DNA from: a virus
Virus record (IMG/VR): IMGVR_UViG_3300029876_000020
Location: 1 to 37,965 of that record
DNA: 37,965 bases
Strand: one strand, 5' to 3'
Shown: piece after piece, positions 6,330 through 14,746 of the stretch
How positions within the stretch are numbered: position 1 is the stretch's first letter
Layout of the letters: every line of letters starts with the position of its first letter
The notes under the pieces: generated by a model
Databases searched by the model: none
Told to the model about the DNA's origin: nothing
The model's input: the letters and a program-made list of their open reading frames with translations, nothing else
Made by a program: the position numbers and the translations under genes

Positions 6330-6581
6330 ATGAAAAAACTTGCTGTTACTTACACTTACCACGAACACCTTACTTCTCTGAAAGCATTGGAATCTGTGGC
6401 TTATTTTGAAGTTGAGGATGATGTGGCCGCCGATATGCTGGCCGTCGAAAAGCCTTTCGGATTTGTCGCCGTAAAAAATACCCACCAAAGCCACATCGCA
6501 ATGATCGTGTATTGGATCGCGGCGGCACACAACCATTATATCCTCAGAGGTGACAAGATTTCGGATGTTACGGAAGAGTAA
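6330..6581 (+). CDS. Hypothetical protein (83 aa)
   Basis: ATG 6330 preceded by GGAGGA. Confidence 0.6.
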   Translation: MKKLAVTYTYHEHLTSLKALESVAYFEVEDDVAADMLAVEKPFGFVAVKNTHQSHIAMIVYWIAAAHNHYILRGDKISDVTEE

Positions 6582-6596
6582 GGGAGGAATTGTATC

Positions 6597-6899
6597 ATGG
6601 CAGAAAGCGACAATGCGGTGCGCGCACGGAACATCGACGAATGGGATGAGAAGTCGAAGGATTTCTGGACTGCCTCGGCGAGAATACCGAACGCCCGAAA
6701 AAAGGTGGCCCAGATGGTCAAGGACAGCGTAGACCGTGGCACACCGACCCGCGATCGGATCTGCTATCTGATAGGCAAGTATCAGTGTCGGCGGGAAGAT
6801 GAGCGCATCTCCGGCCGGGAGAAAAAGATCTACGTGGATGTTTTGGAAGATCTCCAGCGTCTTTTGGAAACGGCTATGCAGGAAGGACTTCAGAGCTAA
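6597..6899 (+). CDS. Hypothetical protein (100 aa)
   Basis: ORF with GGGAGGA upstream. Confidence 0.6.
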   Translation: MAESDNAVRARNIDEWDEKSKDFWTASARIPNARKKVAQMVKDSVDRGTPTRDRICYLIGKYQCRREDERISGREKKIYVDVLEDLQRLLETAMQEGLQS

Positions 6900-6984
6900 C
6901 TTTCCGGTTTTACACCAATAGCGGCAGGTGGTAAAACAAGAGCCGCTGCCAGAGCGCGAGAGCGCAAAACTGAAAAAGGAAAGG

Positions 6985-7602
6985 ATGGTTTGGATGCCCA
7001 CAAAAAATAGTCCCCGGAGGCGTGCGCCGTCTGCGGGCGCTTCTGGCAGCGTTTCGGCGAAGCCGGTATGTTTTCCGGTCGAAGTGCCGAAACCCGCGCA
7101 GACGGCCCCGGAGGGCTGCCACGTTATCACTCTGGCGGTGGATAAGGATGCGGCCCGCGTGATGCTGCTCCCGGATGACGCTGCTGTCCGCAAGCTGCTG
7201 GATGACGCCTACGGCCCGGCGGGCTGGTGTATGCGCCGGTATTATGCCGGGAGTCAGCTCTGGTGTCAGGTCGGCGTTTACTCGCCCGATACCGGCGAGT
7301 ACGTCTACAAGGACGCCGCCGCTATGTCGATTCCGGCCAATAACCCGGCCAAGATGCAGGAGATCACGAGCTTTCTGGCCGCTGCGGCGCTCTGGGGCGC
7401 CGGTTCGGACGTGCTGGATGTCGGCAAGCTGCTGCTCAAGACCGCGCAGGTGCCCATTGTGGAGAGCGCAGACAAGAAGCGCTGGATGCTCGGCACCACG
7501 CTGCGGGTGGATCGCTTCGCGCGGGACGACGCTGGCAGGATCACCATGGTGCAGTTCGCCACCACGGAGGGTAAAAAGATTTTATGGCCCGAAGCGACGT
7601 GA
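6985..7602 (+). CDS. Hypothetical protein; possible Rad52/Sak-like single-strand annealing protein
   Basis: Sits immediately upstream of NinB and near SSB. The motif EITSFLAAAALWGAGSDV loosely resembles the Rad52/Sak (D/S)xxKR..xxxGIG helix. Start chosen at ATG 6985, after AAGGAAAGG. Confidence 0.3.
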   Translation: MVWMPTKNSPRRRAPSAGASGSVSAKPVCFPVEVPKPAQTAPEGCHVITLAVDKDAARVMLLPDDAAVRKLLDDAYGPAGWCMRRYYAGSQLWCQVGVYSPDTGEYVYKDAAAMSIPANNPAKMQEITSFLAAAALWGAGSDVLDVGKLLLKTAQVPIVESADKKRWMLGTTLRVDRFARDDAGRITMVQFATTEGKKILWPEAT

Positions 7603-8141
7603 TCGGCAAGCTTCCGGTCGTCTATGACCCCACAAAGCAAAAGATCGTTGTGGAAAACTCGGCGGAATTTGTTAAAACGCAGATACGCCAGAAATTAGAC
7701 GACCTCGCCCACGGCTCCCCGCTGCGGCTGACCATTACCGTGGAGCGGCAGCGGAAAAAGCGCAGTCTGGAGCAGAACCGCATGATGTGGGCGCTGCTCA
7801 CCATCATGGCCGACCACTACAACGCCGGAAAGGCGGGCGGCACGACCCCGGAGGCCTGTTATATCGAGATGCTGGAAGAATACGGCCTCGAATATGACTT
7901 TTTGGAGCTTCCGGTGGCCGCCGTTCCCATCCTGCGCAATGCTTACAGACTTGTGCATATTGTGGAGCTGCTGGACAATGACCGCTGCACTGTCAAGGCG
8001 TCGATGGGCTCCAGCAGCTTTACCAGCGCCCAGATGTCGGCCTTTATTGACGGCATTTTTGACCGTCTGGCCGAAATGGGCGTCAACGATCCGAATGTAA
8101 CACAATATTGGCAGGAATGGCAGGAGGTGCCGAGGAAATGA
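7584..8141 (+). CDS. ninB: NinB/Orf-family recombination mediator
   Basis: ERQRKKRSLEQNRMMWALLTIMAD matches lambda NinB ERNRSLDQNRKLWACLGDV. Confidence 0.7.
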   Translation: MARSDVIGKLPVVYDPTKQKIVVENSAEFVKTQIRQKLDDLAHGSPLRLTITVERQRKKRSLEQNRMMWALLTIMADHYNAGKAGGTTPEACYIEMLEEYGLEYDFLELPVAAVPILRNAYRLVHIVELLDNDRCTVKASMGSSSFTSAQMSAFIDGIFDRLAEMGVNDPNVTQYWQEWQEVPRK

Positions 8142-8536
8142 CTCAAAAACGCCTAATTGATGCAGATGACCTGAAAGACACGTTACTTTTGGAGGGAAAT
8201 TTGGGCTATATCCACACTTTGCAAGATGTGGAACGGTGTATCGACGCAACTCCCACAGTACTGCATGAGTGCATTTGCCGGAATTGGCACTCAGCCAACG
8301 AAATTCCCCCTTTGCACCATGTTGTTGAGGACGGTGATGATGACGAAGAGCCTCTTGAATACGAGTCGAGCGAAAAGCTTCTTGTCTACACGGAAAATGG
8401 GCGAATCGTTGCAAATGTCCGGTATGTGAAATCTGAAAACTTTGTCGGCTGGGATGATTGGAGCGGCGGCCTGTTCAACACGAAGGTCACCCACTGGATG
8501 CCACAGCCGAAGCCACCGATGATGGAGGCGGAATAA
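8138..8536 (+). CDS. DUF551-like phage protein
   Basis: The C-terminal VTHWMPQPKPP resembles the DUF551 THWMPLPxPP ending. ATGA overlap with ninB. RBS GGAGGTG. Confidence 0.45.
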   Translation: MTQKRLIDADDLKDTLLLEGNLGYIHTLQDVERCIDATPTVLHECICRNWHSANEIPPLHHVVEDGDDDEEPLEYESSEKLLVYTENGRIVANVRYVKSENFVGWDDWSGGLFNTKVTHWMPQPKPPMMEAE

Positions 8537-8848
8537 ATGAGCGCGTCTATCATGCAGACCCGGCGGGAGTGTTACGTCTGCCGGGAAAAGTACAACGTGG
8601 CCACGGTGGCCGGGCTGGAAGAGCACCATGTGCTCAACGGCCCGTTGCGGCCCATGGCGGAGCGGTACGGCCTGAAGGTCTGGCTGTGCCACCGCCACCA
8701 CAACGAGCCGGGGTACAGCGCCCATTTTGACCACCACCTCCGGCTCGACCTGAAGAAACAGGCCCAGCGGGATTTTGAGTCACTGTATGGGCACGAGCGC
8801 TGGATGGCAGAAACGGGAAAGGATTATCTGAAATGCTCAACGTTGTAG
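8537..8848 (+). CDS. Small Cys/His-rich (HNH-like zinc-binding) phage protein
   Basis: CYVC...EEHHVLNG...LCHRHHNEPGYSAHFD motif pattern. Confidence 0.45.
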   Translation: MSASIMQTRRECYVCREKYNVATVAGLEEHHVLNGPLRPMAERYGLKVWLCHRHHNEPGYSAHFDHHLRLDLKKQAQRDFESLYGHERWMAETGKDYLKCSTL

Positions 8849-9285
8849 CAATCATGGGGCGGCTCGTCGCAGACCCGGAGCTGCGCACCACCGGGAACGG
8901 TACCAATGTGTGCAGCTTCCGCATCGCGTGCGACCGGAATTTCGCCCAGAAGGGGCAGGAACGGCAAGCGGACTTTATCGACGTTGTCGCATGGCGGCAG
9001 TCGGCGGAGTTCATTTGCAAGTACTTCCAGAAGGGCAGTCTGATCGCCGTAGAAGGCTCCCTGCAAAGCCGCCAATATCAGGACAAGAACGGGAACAAGC
9101 GCACCGCGGTTGAAGTGCTGGCGAATCAGATCAATTTTGCAGGAGGCAAGAAGCCCGGCGGGCAGCCCGTGGATGACGGCGGCGAAGCGCCGCCCAAAGG
9201 CTACCGGGAACCCGCTCCCGCTTACTCGCAGGGCAGCGCAGACGACTTTGCGGTGATCTCCGATGATGACGATCTGCCGTTCTGA
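8833..9285 (+). CDS. ssb: Single-stranded DNA-binding protein
   Basis: OB-fold N-terminus (MLNVVAIMGRLVADPELRTTGNGTNVCSFRIA...) and an acidic C-terminal tip DDDLPF. Confidence 0.92.
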   Translation: MLNVVAIMGRLVADPELRTTGNGTNVCSFRIACDRNFAQKGQERQADFIDVVAWRQSAEFICKYFQKGSLIAVEGSLQSRQYQDKNGNKRTAVEVLANQINFAGGKKPGGQPVDDGGEAPPKGYREPAPAYSQGSADDFAVISDDDDLPF

Positions 9286-9301
9286 TGGAGGTGAAATAAA
9301 G

Positions 9302-9706
9302 ATGTTTTATCGCCCAAAAGTTGTTCGTTGCCGCCTAAAAACAGGTGACAAGAGCATTGACCAAATCCGCGAATCGTGCAAAGGGCAGGGCCTCGTTTAT
9401 CGTGATTTTGAGAATCTCAAAAAAATGAACGATGCGTTTTCTGGCCTTGTTGTTGAGCTCTCATTGTGGGAGTATGACAATCATGAGAGCTATCATCTGG
9501 ATAGTTGGAAATCAGAAGATGATGAAAGAGTCATGATGGGAACCTATTATGCGGAACAACTTCATCCGTTTCCTCGGTATAAAAACGCTTTTGAAAAATT
9601 CAAGCAGGATTGGGAGGCAAAAAAATATCATTATGATGGAGCCTCACTCGTCTTCCCCCCGTCCGATGTGGAAGAATTGGGAACAATTTGCGAAGAAGTT
9701 ATCTAA
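9302..9706 (+). CDS. Hypothetical protein (134 aa), AT-rich moron
   Basis: ATG 9302 after GGAGGTGA. Its composition is clearly more AT-rich than its neighbours. Confidence 0.55.
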   Translation: MFYRPKVVRCRLKTGDKSIDQIRESCKGQGLVYRDFENLKKMNDAFSGLVVELSLWEYDNHESYHLDSWKSEDDERVMMGTYYAEQLHPFPRYKNAFEKFKQDWEAKKYHYDGASLVFPPSDVEELGTICEEVI

Positions 9707-9723
9707 TGCGATGAGGTCTGAAT

Positions 9724-10656
9724 ATGAAAAACACGACGAAAAAACAGAGCTACATCCTCGTCCTCGACTGGATGGTGGACAAGTACCACCTCAAGGGCAA
9801 TGAGCTGCTGGCCTACGCTCTGATCTATGGCTTCTCGCAGGATGGCGACAGCGAATACAAGGGCAGTTTTAGCTACCTGACCCGCTGGCTGGGCGCTGAT
9901 CGTGCAACAATAATCCGGGTGCTCAAGCGTCTGGAAAGCAAGGGACTGATCTCCAAACGGCAGGAACTTGTAGCCGGTCAGATGGTCAATCGGTACGTCG
10001 CCGAGGTGCCCGAAGAGGTCAAGGAGACCGTCGAGAGCAAGGCCGACGCACCCGAAAATCCGGCGGAATCTCACCCGCCCGACCAGTTGCAAAACGCCAC
10101 TAGTCGCAAAATGCCACTAGTGGCAAAATGCGACGGGAACCAGTGGCAAAACGCCACGGGGGGTAGTGGCAAAACGCCACCCAGTAATACTACTGGGTAT
10201 ACTACTGGGTATACTACTCCTTCGTGCGCGCGAGGCGCACAGGGGGGCGGGCCTACCCCGAAGGATGTTTTCGCGGAGTACGCCGGAGCGGACAAGCCTC
10301 TGCTGGAAGCCCTGACGAAGTTCGACGCCTACCGGGCATCCCGGCGGGGCAAGGTCTGGGACGCTCAGGCAGCGCGGGCCGTCTGCGACAAACTGACCCA
10401 TCTGGCGGATGAATCAAAAACGACACAACGCACAGAGTACATGATCGCCAGCATCATGCAGAGCATCGAGGCCGGATGGAGCGTCCTCGACCACCCAAAG
10501 AGCTGGGGGCCCGGCAACCGGGTCACAGTGCGGGCGGCTCGCGGAATCGTTGACCGGCCAGAACCCAGCGGGAACGATCCTTTTGCAAATCGGTCGTTTG
10601 AGCAGACCATTGCCAGACTCCGCAAACATAAAACGTCGAATCAATCCCAAACATAA
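9724..10656 (+). CDS. Replication initiator / replisome organizer (winged-helix N-terminus, DnaD-like C-terminus)
   Basis: N-terminal LLAYALIYGFSQDG...YLTRWLGADRATIIRVLKRLESKGLI; C-terminal ...MIASIMQSIEAGWSVL. Iterons are embedded in the middle of the gene, as with lambda O. Confidence 0.65.
   Translation: MKNTTKKQSYILVLDWMVDKYHLKGNELLAYALIYGFSQDGDSEYKGSFSYLTRWLGADRATIIRVLKRLESKGLISKRQELVAGQMVNRYVAEVPEEVKETVESKADAPENPAESHPPDQLQNATSRKMPLVAKCDGNQWQNATGGSGKTPPSNTTGYTTGYTTPSCARGAQGGGPTPKDVFAEYAGADKPLLEALTKFDAYRASRRGKVWDAQAARAVCDKLTHLADESKTTQRTEYMIASIMQSIEAGWSVLDHPKSWGPGNRVTVRAARGIVDRPEPSGNDPFANRSFEQTIARLRKHKTSNQSQT
10085..10180 (+). repeat. Five ~17-bp iterons, consensus tAGTGGCAAAAcGCCAC (candidate origin of replication)
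   Basis: Copies start at 10085, 10101, 10118, 10141 and 10164. The last two are identical over AGTGGCAAAACGCCAC. Confidence 0.7.
10187..10218 (+). repeat. 12-bp tandem repeat ATACTACTGGGT, ~2.7 copies, adjacent to the iterons
   Basis: Seen directly in the sequence. It translates as TTGYTTGYTT within the linker of the replication protein. Confidence 0.85.
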
Positions 10657-10678
10657 CAAAACCGGAGGAGAACCCACA

Positions 10679-11476
10679 ATGAGAAACATGGCTACCATCG
10701 CGATCATCAACCTCAAGGGCGGCGTCGGCAAGTCCGTCACCGCTTGCAATCTGGCCTGTATCCTGTCCGGCATCTACGCCCGGCGGGTGCTGGTCATGGA
10801 TCTGGACAAACAGGCAAACACCACCAAGTTTTTTGAGCGTGTCCAGAGTGGACACCAGAAGACCATCGCCGACGTGCTGACGCTGGACGCAAAGCTCAGC
10901 GATGTCATCGTACATACCGGATGGCCGGACATCGACCTCGCGCCCAGCAATATGCAGTTGCTGCTCGCCAATCAGAGCGTGATGTTTGATCTGGCCCGTC
11001 GGCGTGAGGACCGCATCCGGCGGGCGCTGGCACCCTACCGAACGGAATACGACTACTGCATTATCGACTGCCCGCCCGATATCGACATGGCCACCATCAA
11101 CGCGCTGGTCGAGGCCGATTGGGTCATCATCCCGGTGGACTGCGACGAGTGGGCGCTGGATGGCCTCAGCGAGATCATGGAACAGATCCGGGCCGTCAAG
11201 GCCGAGTATAACGAGCGATTGGAGATCATGGGCACACTGGCCACCAAGTACGACCGGGGCCGTTACTCCACCAAGACCATCAACCAGCTCGTCAATCTGG
11301 ATATCCCGACCTTCCGGGCCGATGATGGCACGGTGCTGCACATCGACAGCAGCGTCCGGGTCAAGGAATCCAAGGCGTTCCACCGGCCTCTGTACCAGTA
11401 CGCGCCGAAATGTAGGCCAGCCGCGCAGTATAAGATGCTGGCGGAGAGAGTGATGCAGATTGCGGAGGGAAAGTGA
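10679..11476 (+). CDS. parA: ParA/Soj-family partition ATPase
   Basis: Deviant Walker A NLKGGVGKSVTACNLA and the MDLDKQAN motif. RBS GGAGGAG. Confidence 0.9.
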   Translation: MRNMATIAIINLKGGVGKSVTACNLACILSGIYARRVLVMDLDKQANTTKFFERVQSGHQKTIADVLTLDAKLSDVIVHTGWPDIDLAPSNMQLLLANQSVMFDLARRREDRIRRALAPYRTEYDYCIIDCPPDIDMATINALVEADWVIIPVDCDEWALDGLSEIMEQIRAVKAEYNERLEIMGTLATKYDRGRYSTKTINQLVNLDIPTFRADDGTVLHIDSSVRVKESKAFHRPLYQYAPKCRPAAQYKMLAERVMQIAEGK

Positions 11477-11477
11477 A

Positions 11478-11897
11478 ATGAAAAGTGATTTGGATATCAA
11501 AGGCGCAAAAGCATTGATAGAGTTGATAGTTCCTCTTGTAGACAAACTGGAAAATTACATCAATAATTTGCGTGAAATTTCTGAAACAGTCGAAATCCCT
11601 GAAGGATGGAATGGTGCAGATGACCCTCCAGATTTGAACCACCACAGTTGGGTTGGTGATGACGGAGAGTTCATTGAATTTTGGAGCAGCGACCCAGTAC
11701 GAGCCAATGTTGTGGGTTTTGACACACAGCCGGCAATATATTTTAGAACAACACGAGATTCTGGTTGGAAAAGCGTCAATGGGATCAAAATAGAAGTTTT
11801 TTCTTGGAGTTGTTACCCCGGACTTGAAACAAAGACGTACAGAGAGTCAATGCATGAGTCGATAAAGAAAGCGGCACAGGAAGGAACGAAAAAATGA
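11478..11897 (+). CDS. Hypothetical protein (139 aa) inserted between parA and parB
   Basis: Starts 1 nt after the parA stop. ATGA overlap with the parB start. Clearly more AT-rich than either flanking gene. Confidence 0.6.
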   Translation: MKSDLDIKGAKALIELIVPLVDKLENYINNLREISETVEIPEGWNGADDPPDLNHHSWVGDDGEFIEFWSSDPVRANVVGFDTQPAIYFRTTRDSGWKSVNGIKIEVFSWSCYPGLETKTYRESMHESIKKAAQEGTKK

Positions 11898-13009
11898 GCA
11901 CCGGATTATTACATAGCCTTCTGGACGCACAGCCGTCCACCCCGGCGGGGGAGCCGCCGCTGAAAGTGGTCATGATCGACCGCAAAAACATCATCGTCAA
12001 CCCGGACAACCACAAAATCTACGTCATCGGGGATGTCTCCCGGCTGAAAGAGGATATCAAGACCAACGGCATCCGGCAGCCGCTGGAAGTGGTCGATCTG
12101 GAGGATGGCAATTACAAGCTGATCGGCGGCGAGCGGCGTCTGACCGCTTGCGAGGAGCTGGCCAGAGAGGGCGATACCCGCTTCAACGCGCTGCCCTGCG
12201 TCATCCTCAAGCTCAAGAATGACGATGACGACAAGATCGCGCTCATCACGGCCAACGCCACCGCCCGCGAGCTGACCGACGGCGAACGTCTGGCACAGTA
12301 TGAGGCCCTCAAGGAGATTCTGACGCGCCGCAAGAAAAACGGCCAGCTCGAAGGCAAGGTGCGGGATGAGCTGTGCAGAATTCTCGGCCTGAGCGCGGGG
12401 GCGGCGGCCCGGCTGAATGCGATCTCGGAAAACTGCGGCGATGATACAAAGCGGGAACTGCGGGCAGGGGAGATCACCTTGATGGGCGCATATCGGCGGG
12501 CACAAGAGATTATTGCGGCGCGGATGGCACAGCAGGAAGCAGCCAAAGCCCCGAAACCGGATAAACCGGTGTACGAAAAGCCTGTTGTTTTTGATTGCCC
12601 ACCCAAAGCGGCGGAAACGATACCGCAAAACCCAGATTATGACGAGTGGAACCTTCCACCGGAGTGCCGGGCAGCCGTGGAAAAGGCACACCGGGAATCG
12701 GCCCAGAAGCAGGAAGAACAGCAGCGCGGAAAGAAGACACTGCGGTTGCTGGCAGAAAAAACGCTGAAAGAAGATGCGCCGTGGGAACTGGCATGGGAAG
12801 ATGTTCAGTTTGGGCTTGAATATTACAAACAGCCTCTTCCCGGCGGGGCGAAGCTTTGGAAACGTGTGGATGAAACCAGAAGAGAAGCCGGTCAGACCTG
12901 CGATGATTATGCGATCATTTTGCAAGATAACAAGTTTTATACCTGTGGATGGATTTCGTTTTATTCCGGGATCACTGACCTGCTGACACAATATTTTGAG
13001 TTGAAATAA
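11894..13009 (+). CDS. parB: ParB-family protein (N-terminal ParB/Srx domain plus HTH, long C-terminal extension)
   Basis: IRQPLEVV...YKLIGGERRLTACEEL (GERRxRA-like box), followed by the HTH region LCRILGLSAGAAARLNAIS. Confidence 0.85.
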   Translation: MSTGLLHSLLDAQPSTPAGEPPLKVVMIDRKNIIVNPDNHKIYVIGDVSRLKEDIKTNGIRQPLEVVDLEDGNYKLIGGERRLTACEELAREGDTRFNALPCVILKLKNDDDDKIALITANATARELTDGERLAQYEALKEILTRRKKNGQLEGKVRDELCRILGLSAGAAARLNAISENCGDDTKRELRAGEITLMGAYRRAQEIIAARMAQQEAAKAPKPDKPVYEKPVVFDCPPKAAETIPQNPDYDEWNLPPECRAAVEKAHRESAQKQEEQQRGKKTLRLLAEKTLKEDAPWELAWEDVQFGLEYYKQPLPGGAKLWKRVDETRREAGQTCDDYAIILQDNKFYTCGWISFYSGITDLLTQYFELK

Positions 13010-13021
13010 GGAGGAACCACA

Positions 13022-13474
13022 ATGACGCCGCTGAAACCGAGAGAGTTACGGAAGCTGTATGCCATGCCTTACGACATCGAGAAGCGCCAGCGGCGCATTG
13101 AACAGTTGGAGGCGCTGCAATCCGATGGACCACAGAGTGCTTCCGATGTGGTCAAGTCTTCCAGCGGCGAGGGAAATGCCTGTATCCTGAGCCATGCGAC
13201 CGTGACGGGTACGGATGCCTCTTTTACCCGGCGGGAAGATGAGATCAGGCGGCTCAAGGAGATCAACGCCGACCAAAAGGCAAAATACCTGTACGGCCAG
13301 CGGCTCATTGAGAGCTGCGACGACTGCGAGCTCCGGGCCTTGCTGACGGCGATCTGTTCACAGGGAAAGAAGCCGCAGGATGTGGCCGTGGAGCTCATGG
13401 AGCAGGGCGTGGATATCGGGTCAGAGGCCATTCGTCGGCGAGTCGAACGGTGGATCAACCAGAATGCGAGGTAA
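13022..13474 (+). CDS. Candidate late-gene transcriptional activator (sigma region-4 / RinA-ArpU-like by size, position and C-terminal HTH)
   Basis: 150 aa. C-terminal LRALLTAICSQGKKPQDVAVELMEQGVDIGSEAIRRRVERW. It is the last GC-rich gene before the late promoter. Confidence 0.4.
   Translation: MTPLKPRELRKLYAMPYDIEKRQRRIEQLEALQSDGPQSASDVVKSSSGEGNACILSHATVTGTDASFTRREDEIRRLKEINADQKAKYLYGQRLIESCDDCELRALLTAICSQGKKPQDVAVELMEQGVDIGSEAIRRRVERWINQNAR
13438..13472 (+). repeat. 35-bp gene-junction repeat, copy 1 (32/35 identical to 14513..14547)
   Basis: GCGAGTCGAACGGTGgATCAAccAGAATGCGAGGT. Contains the 3' end of the 13022 gene and a GAGGT RBS. Confidence 0.9.
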
Positions 13475-13478
13475 GATT

Positions 13479-14162
13479 TTGGACAGAGAAGCATACATGA
13501 ATCTTATACGAGTACTCAATGCTGGGATGATTTCTGCGGAGCAATTTCGAGACGCAATATTCTTAGACGAACAAAAAAATATGAATTCTCAATCCGTTAA
13601 TCGAGAGCAAAATGCGGATATGTTTCGTTACGCAAATATTTGGCAAATGGATGAGGAACAGCGTGAACGCCACAAAAATGCAGTTGTGTCAAATCCGCTG
13701 CATTACGAAATGCAAAATAAAAACCCATGCGAGATTTGTGTAAAAGCCGAAAAACTTTATGCAAACAATCGGCTTGAGGAAATTGTTTGCGCTGATCATA
13801 CCTGCCCAATTTGGCTGAGAGACCATCCAAAGAGCAAGAAAAAAGTCAAAGTGCTGAGCGTTTCCGAATGGAAAGAAAAAATCGCAAAAGAACAAAAACA
13901 TCAAAATCCATGCGCCGGATGTAAATTCAGAAAATATCACGATTGGGCAGAACCTACGTGGATAGGGTTTTCGGAACACTACTATGATTGCGAAAATCCG
14001 GCGTGCCCAATGTGGAAAAGGCTCTGGTGGAGGAAAAACGACGATGGCACCGCTCTTCTGGACCAAGCACCCATTAAGCTGAAACGGAAGGTTCAGCACG
14101 TAGCATACGAGTTTGTGAAAAAACTCGATGACATCATCTACATGATTTTAGAGGAGGAGTAA
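13479..14162 (+). CDS. Cys-rich protein with two NPCxxC...CxxxxCPxW modules
   Basis: TTG start 6 nt after GAGGT (an in-frame ATG at 13464 is an alternative). NPCEICV...CADHTCPIW and NPCAGCK...CENPACPMW. AT-rich. Confidence 0.55.
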   Translation: MDREAYMNLIRVLNAGMISAEQFRDAIFLDEQKNMNSQSVNREQNADMFRYANIWQMDEEQRERHKNAVVSNPLHYEMQNKNPCEICVKAEKLYANNRLEEIVCADHTCPIWLRDHPKSKKKVKVLSVSEWKEKIAKEQKHQNPCAGCKFRKYHDWAEPTWIGFSEHYYDCENPACPMWKRLWWRKNDDGTALLDQAPIKLKRKVQHVAYEFVKKLDDIIYMILEEE

Positions 14163-14163
14163 A

Positions 14164-14406
14164 ATGAAACTGATTATTGCGAACAACGGTAAAGCGACTA
14201 TCAATGCGGATTATATTGTGAGCATGAAATGCTTATATACCAAACAACTTTCCACGGGCGAAGAAAAATATTCCATTGTAGCTGACACGATAAACGATAA
14301 AATTTATGTTATTCAAGATGGTCTCACGGAAAACGAAGCGACTCGACGCCTTGAAAAAATTGCAAACTATATTGTCTCCGATGAAAGCTTTGTAATTGCG
14401 TTTTGA
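14164..14406 (+). CDS. Hypothetical protein (80 aa)
   Basis: ORF starting 1 nt after the previous stop, with GGAGGAG upstream. AT-rich. Confidence 0.55.
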   Translation: MKLIIANNGKATINADYIVSMKCLYTKQLSTGEEKYSIVADTINDKIYVIQDGLTENEATRRLEKIANYIVSDESFVIAF

Positions 14407-14512
14407 GAAAACAACGGGGTTGATAGTTGCATTTGCAAAAAAGAAAAAACAAATTGTTTGATGTGCGATAATTACGGCGGCGGTGGAAAATGAAAAATGT
14501 CCGCCGCTGTAT

Positions 14513-14547
14513 GCGAGTCGAACGGTGAATCAATTAGAATGCGAGGT
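14513..14547 (+). repeat. 35-bp gene-junction repeat, copy 2
   Basis: GCGAGTCGAACGGTGaATCAAttAGAATGCGAGGT. It supplies the RBS for the 14555 gene. Confidence 0.9.
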
Positions 14548-14554
14548 GAACTGT

Positions 14555-14740
14555 ATGCGTTGCATAAACTACGAGAAGATGGAGCAACGAGTAATCTATT
14601 TGAGGGGCTACTATAATGGACTTTCAGTGGCTGAGCCAGACGAACAATTTCAAAAAATCTATGAAAAAATTTTTGAACAGTTGATGTGGGCAATGGGAGA
14701 TCAAATTGATTGCGCTCAAGATAATAACGACAAAACGTAA
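14555..14740 (+). CDS. Hypothetical protein (61 aa)
   Basis: ATG 6 nt after GAGGTG. The upstream part of ORF 14483..14740 is the degenerate junction repeat. Confidence 0.5.
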   Translation: MRCINYEKMEQRVIYLRGYYNGLSVAEPDEQFQKIYEKIFEQLMWAMGDQIDCAQDNNDKT

Positions 14741-14746
14741 ATCCCG

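Noticed and set aside
5498-7193. Long minus-strand ORFs 5498..6328 (276 aa) and 6165..7193 (342 aa)
   Set aside because: These are shadow ORFs of GC-rich plus-strand genes. They are R/P/G/A/C-rich low-complexity translations with no RBS, and they are fully overlapped by tightly coupled plus-strand genes that have good RBSs.
10523-12991. Minus-strand ORFs 10523..11545 (340 aa) and 11909..12991 (360 aa)
   Set aside because: They are antisense to the clearly recognisable parA and parB genes. Their composition is typical of GC-rich shadow frames.
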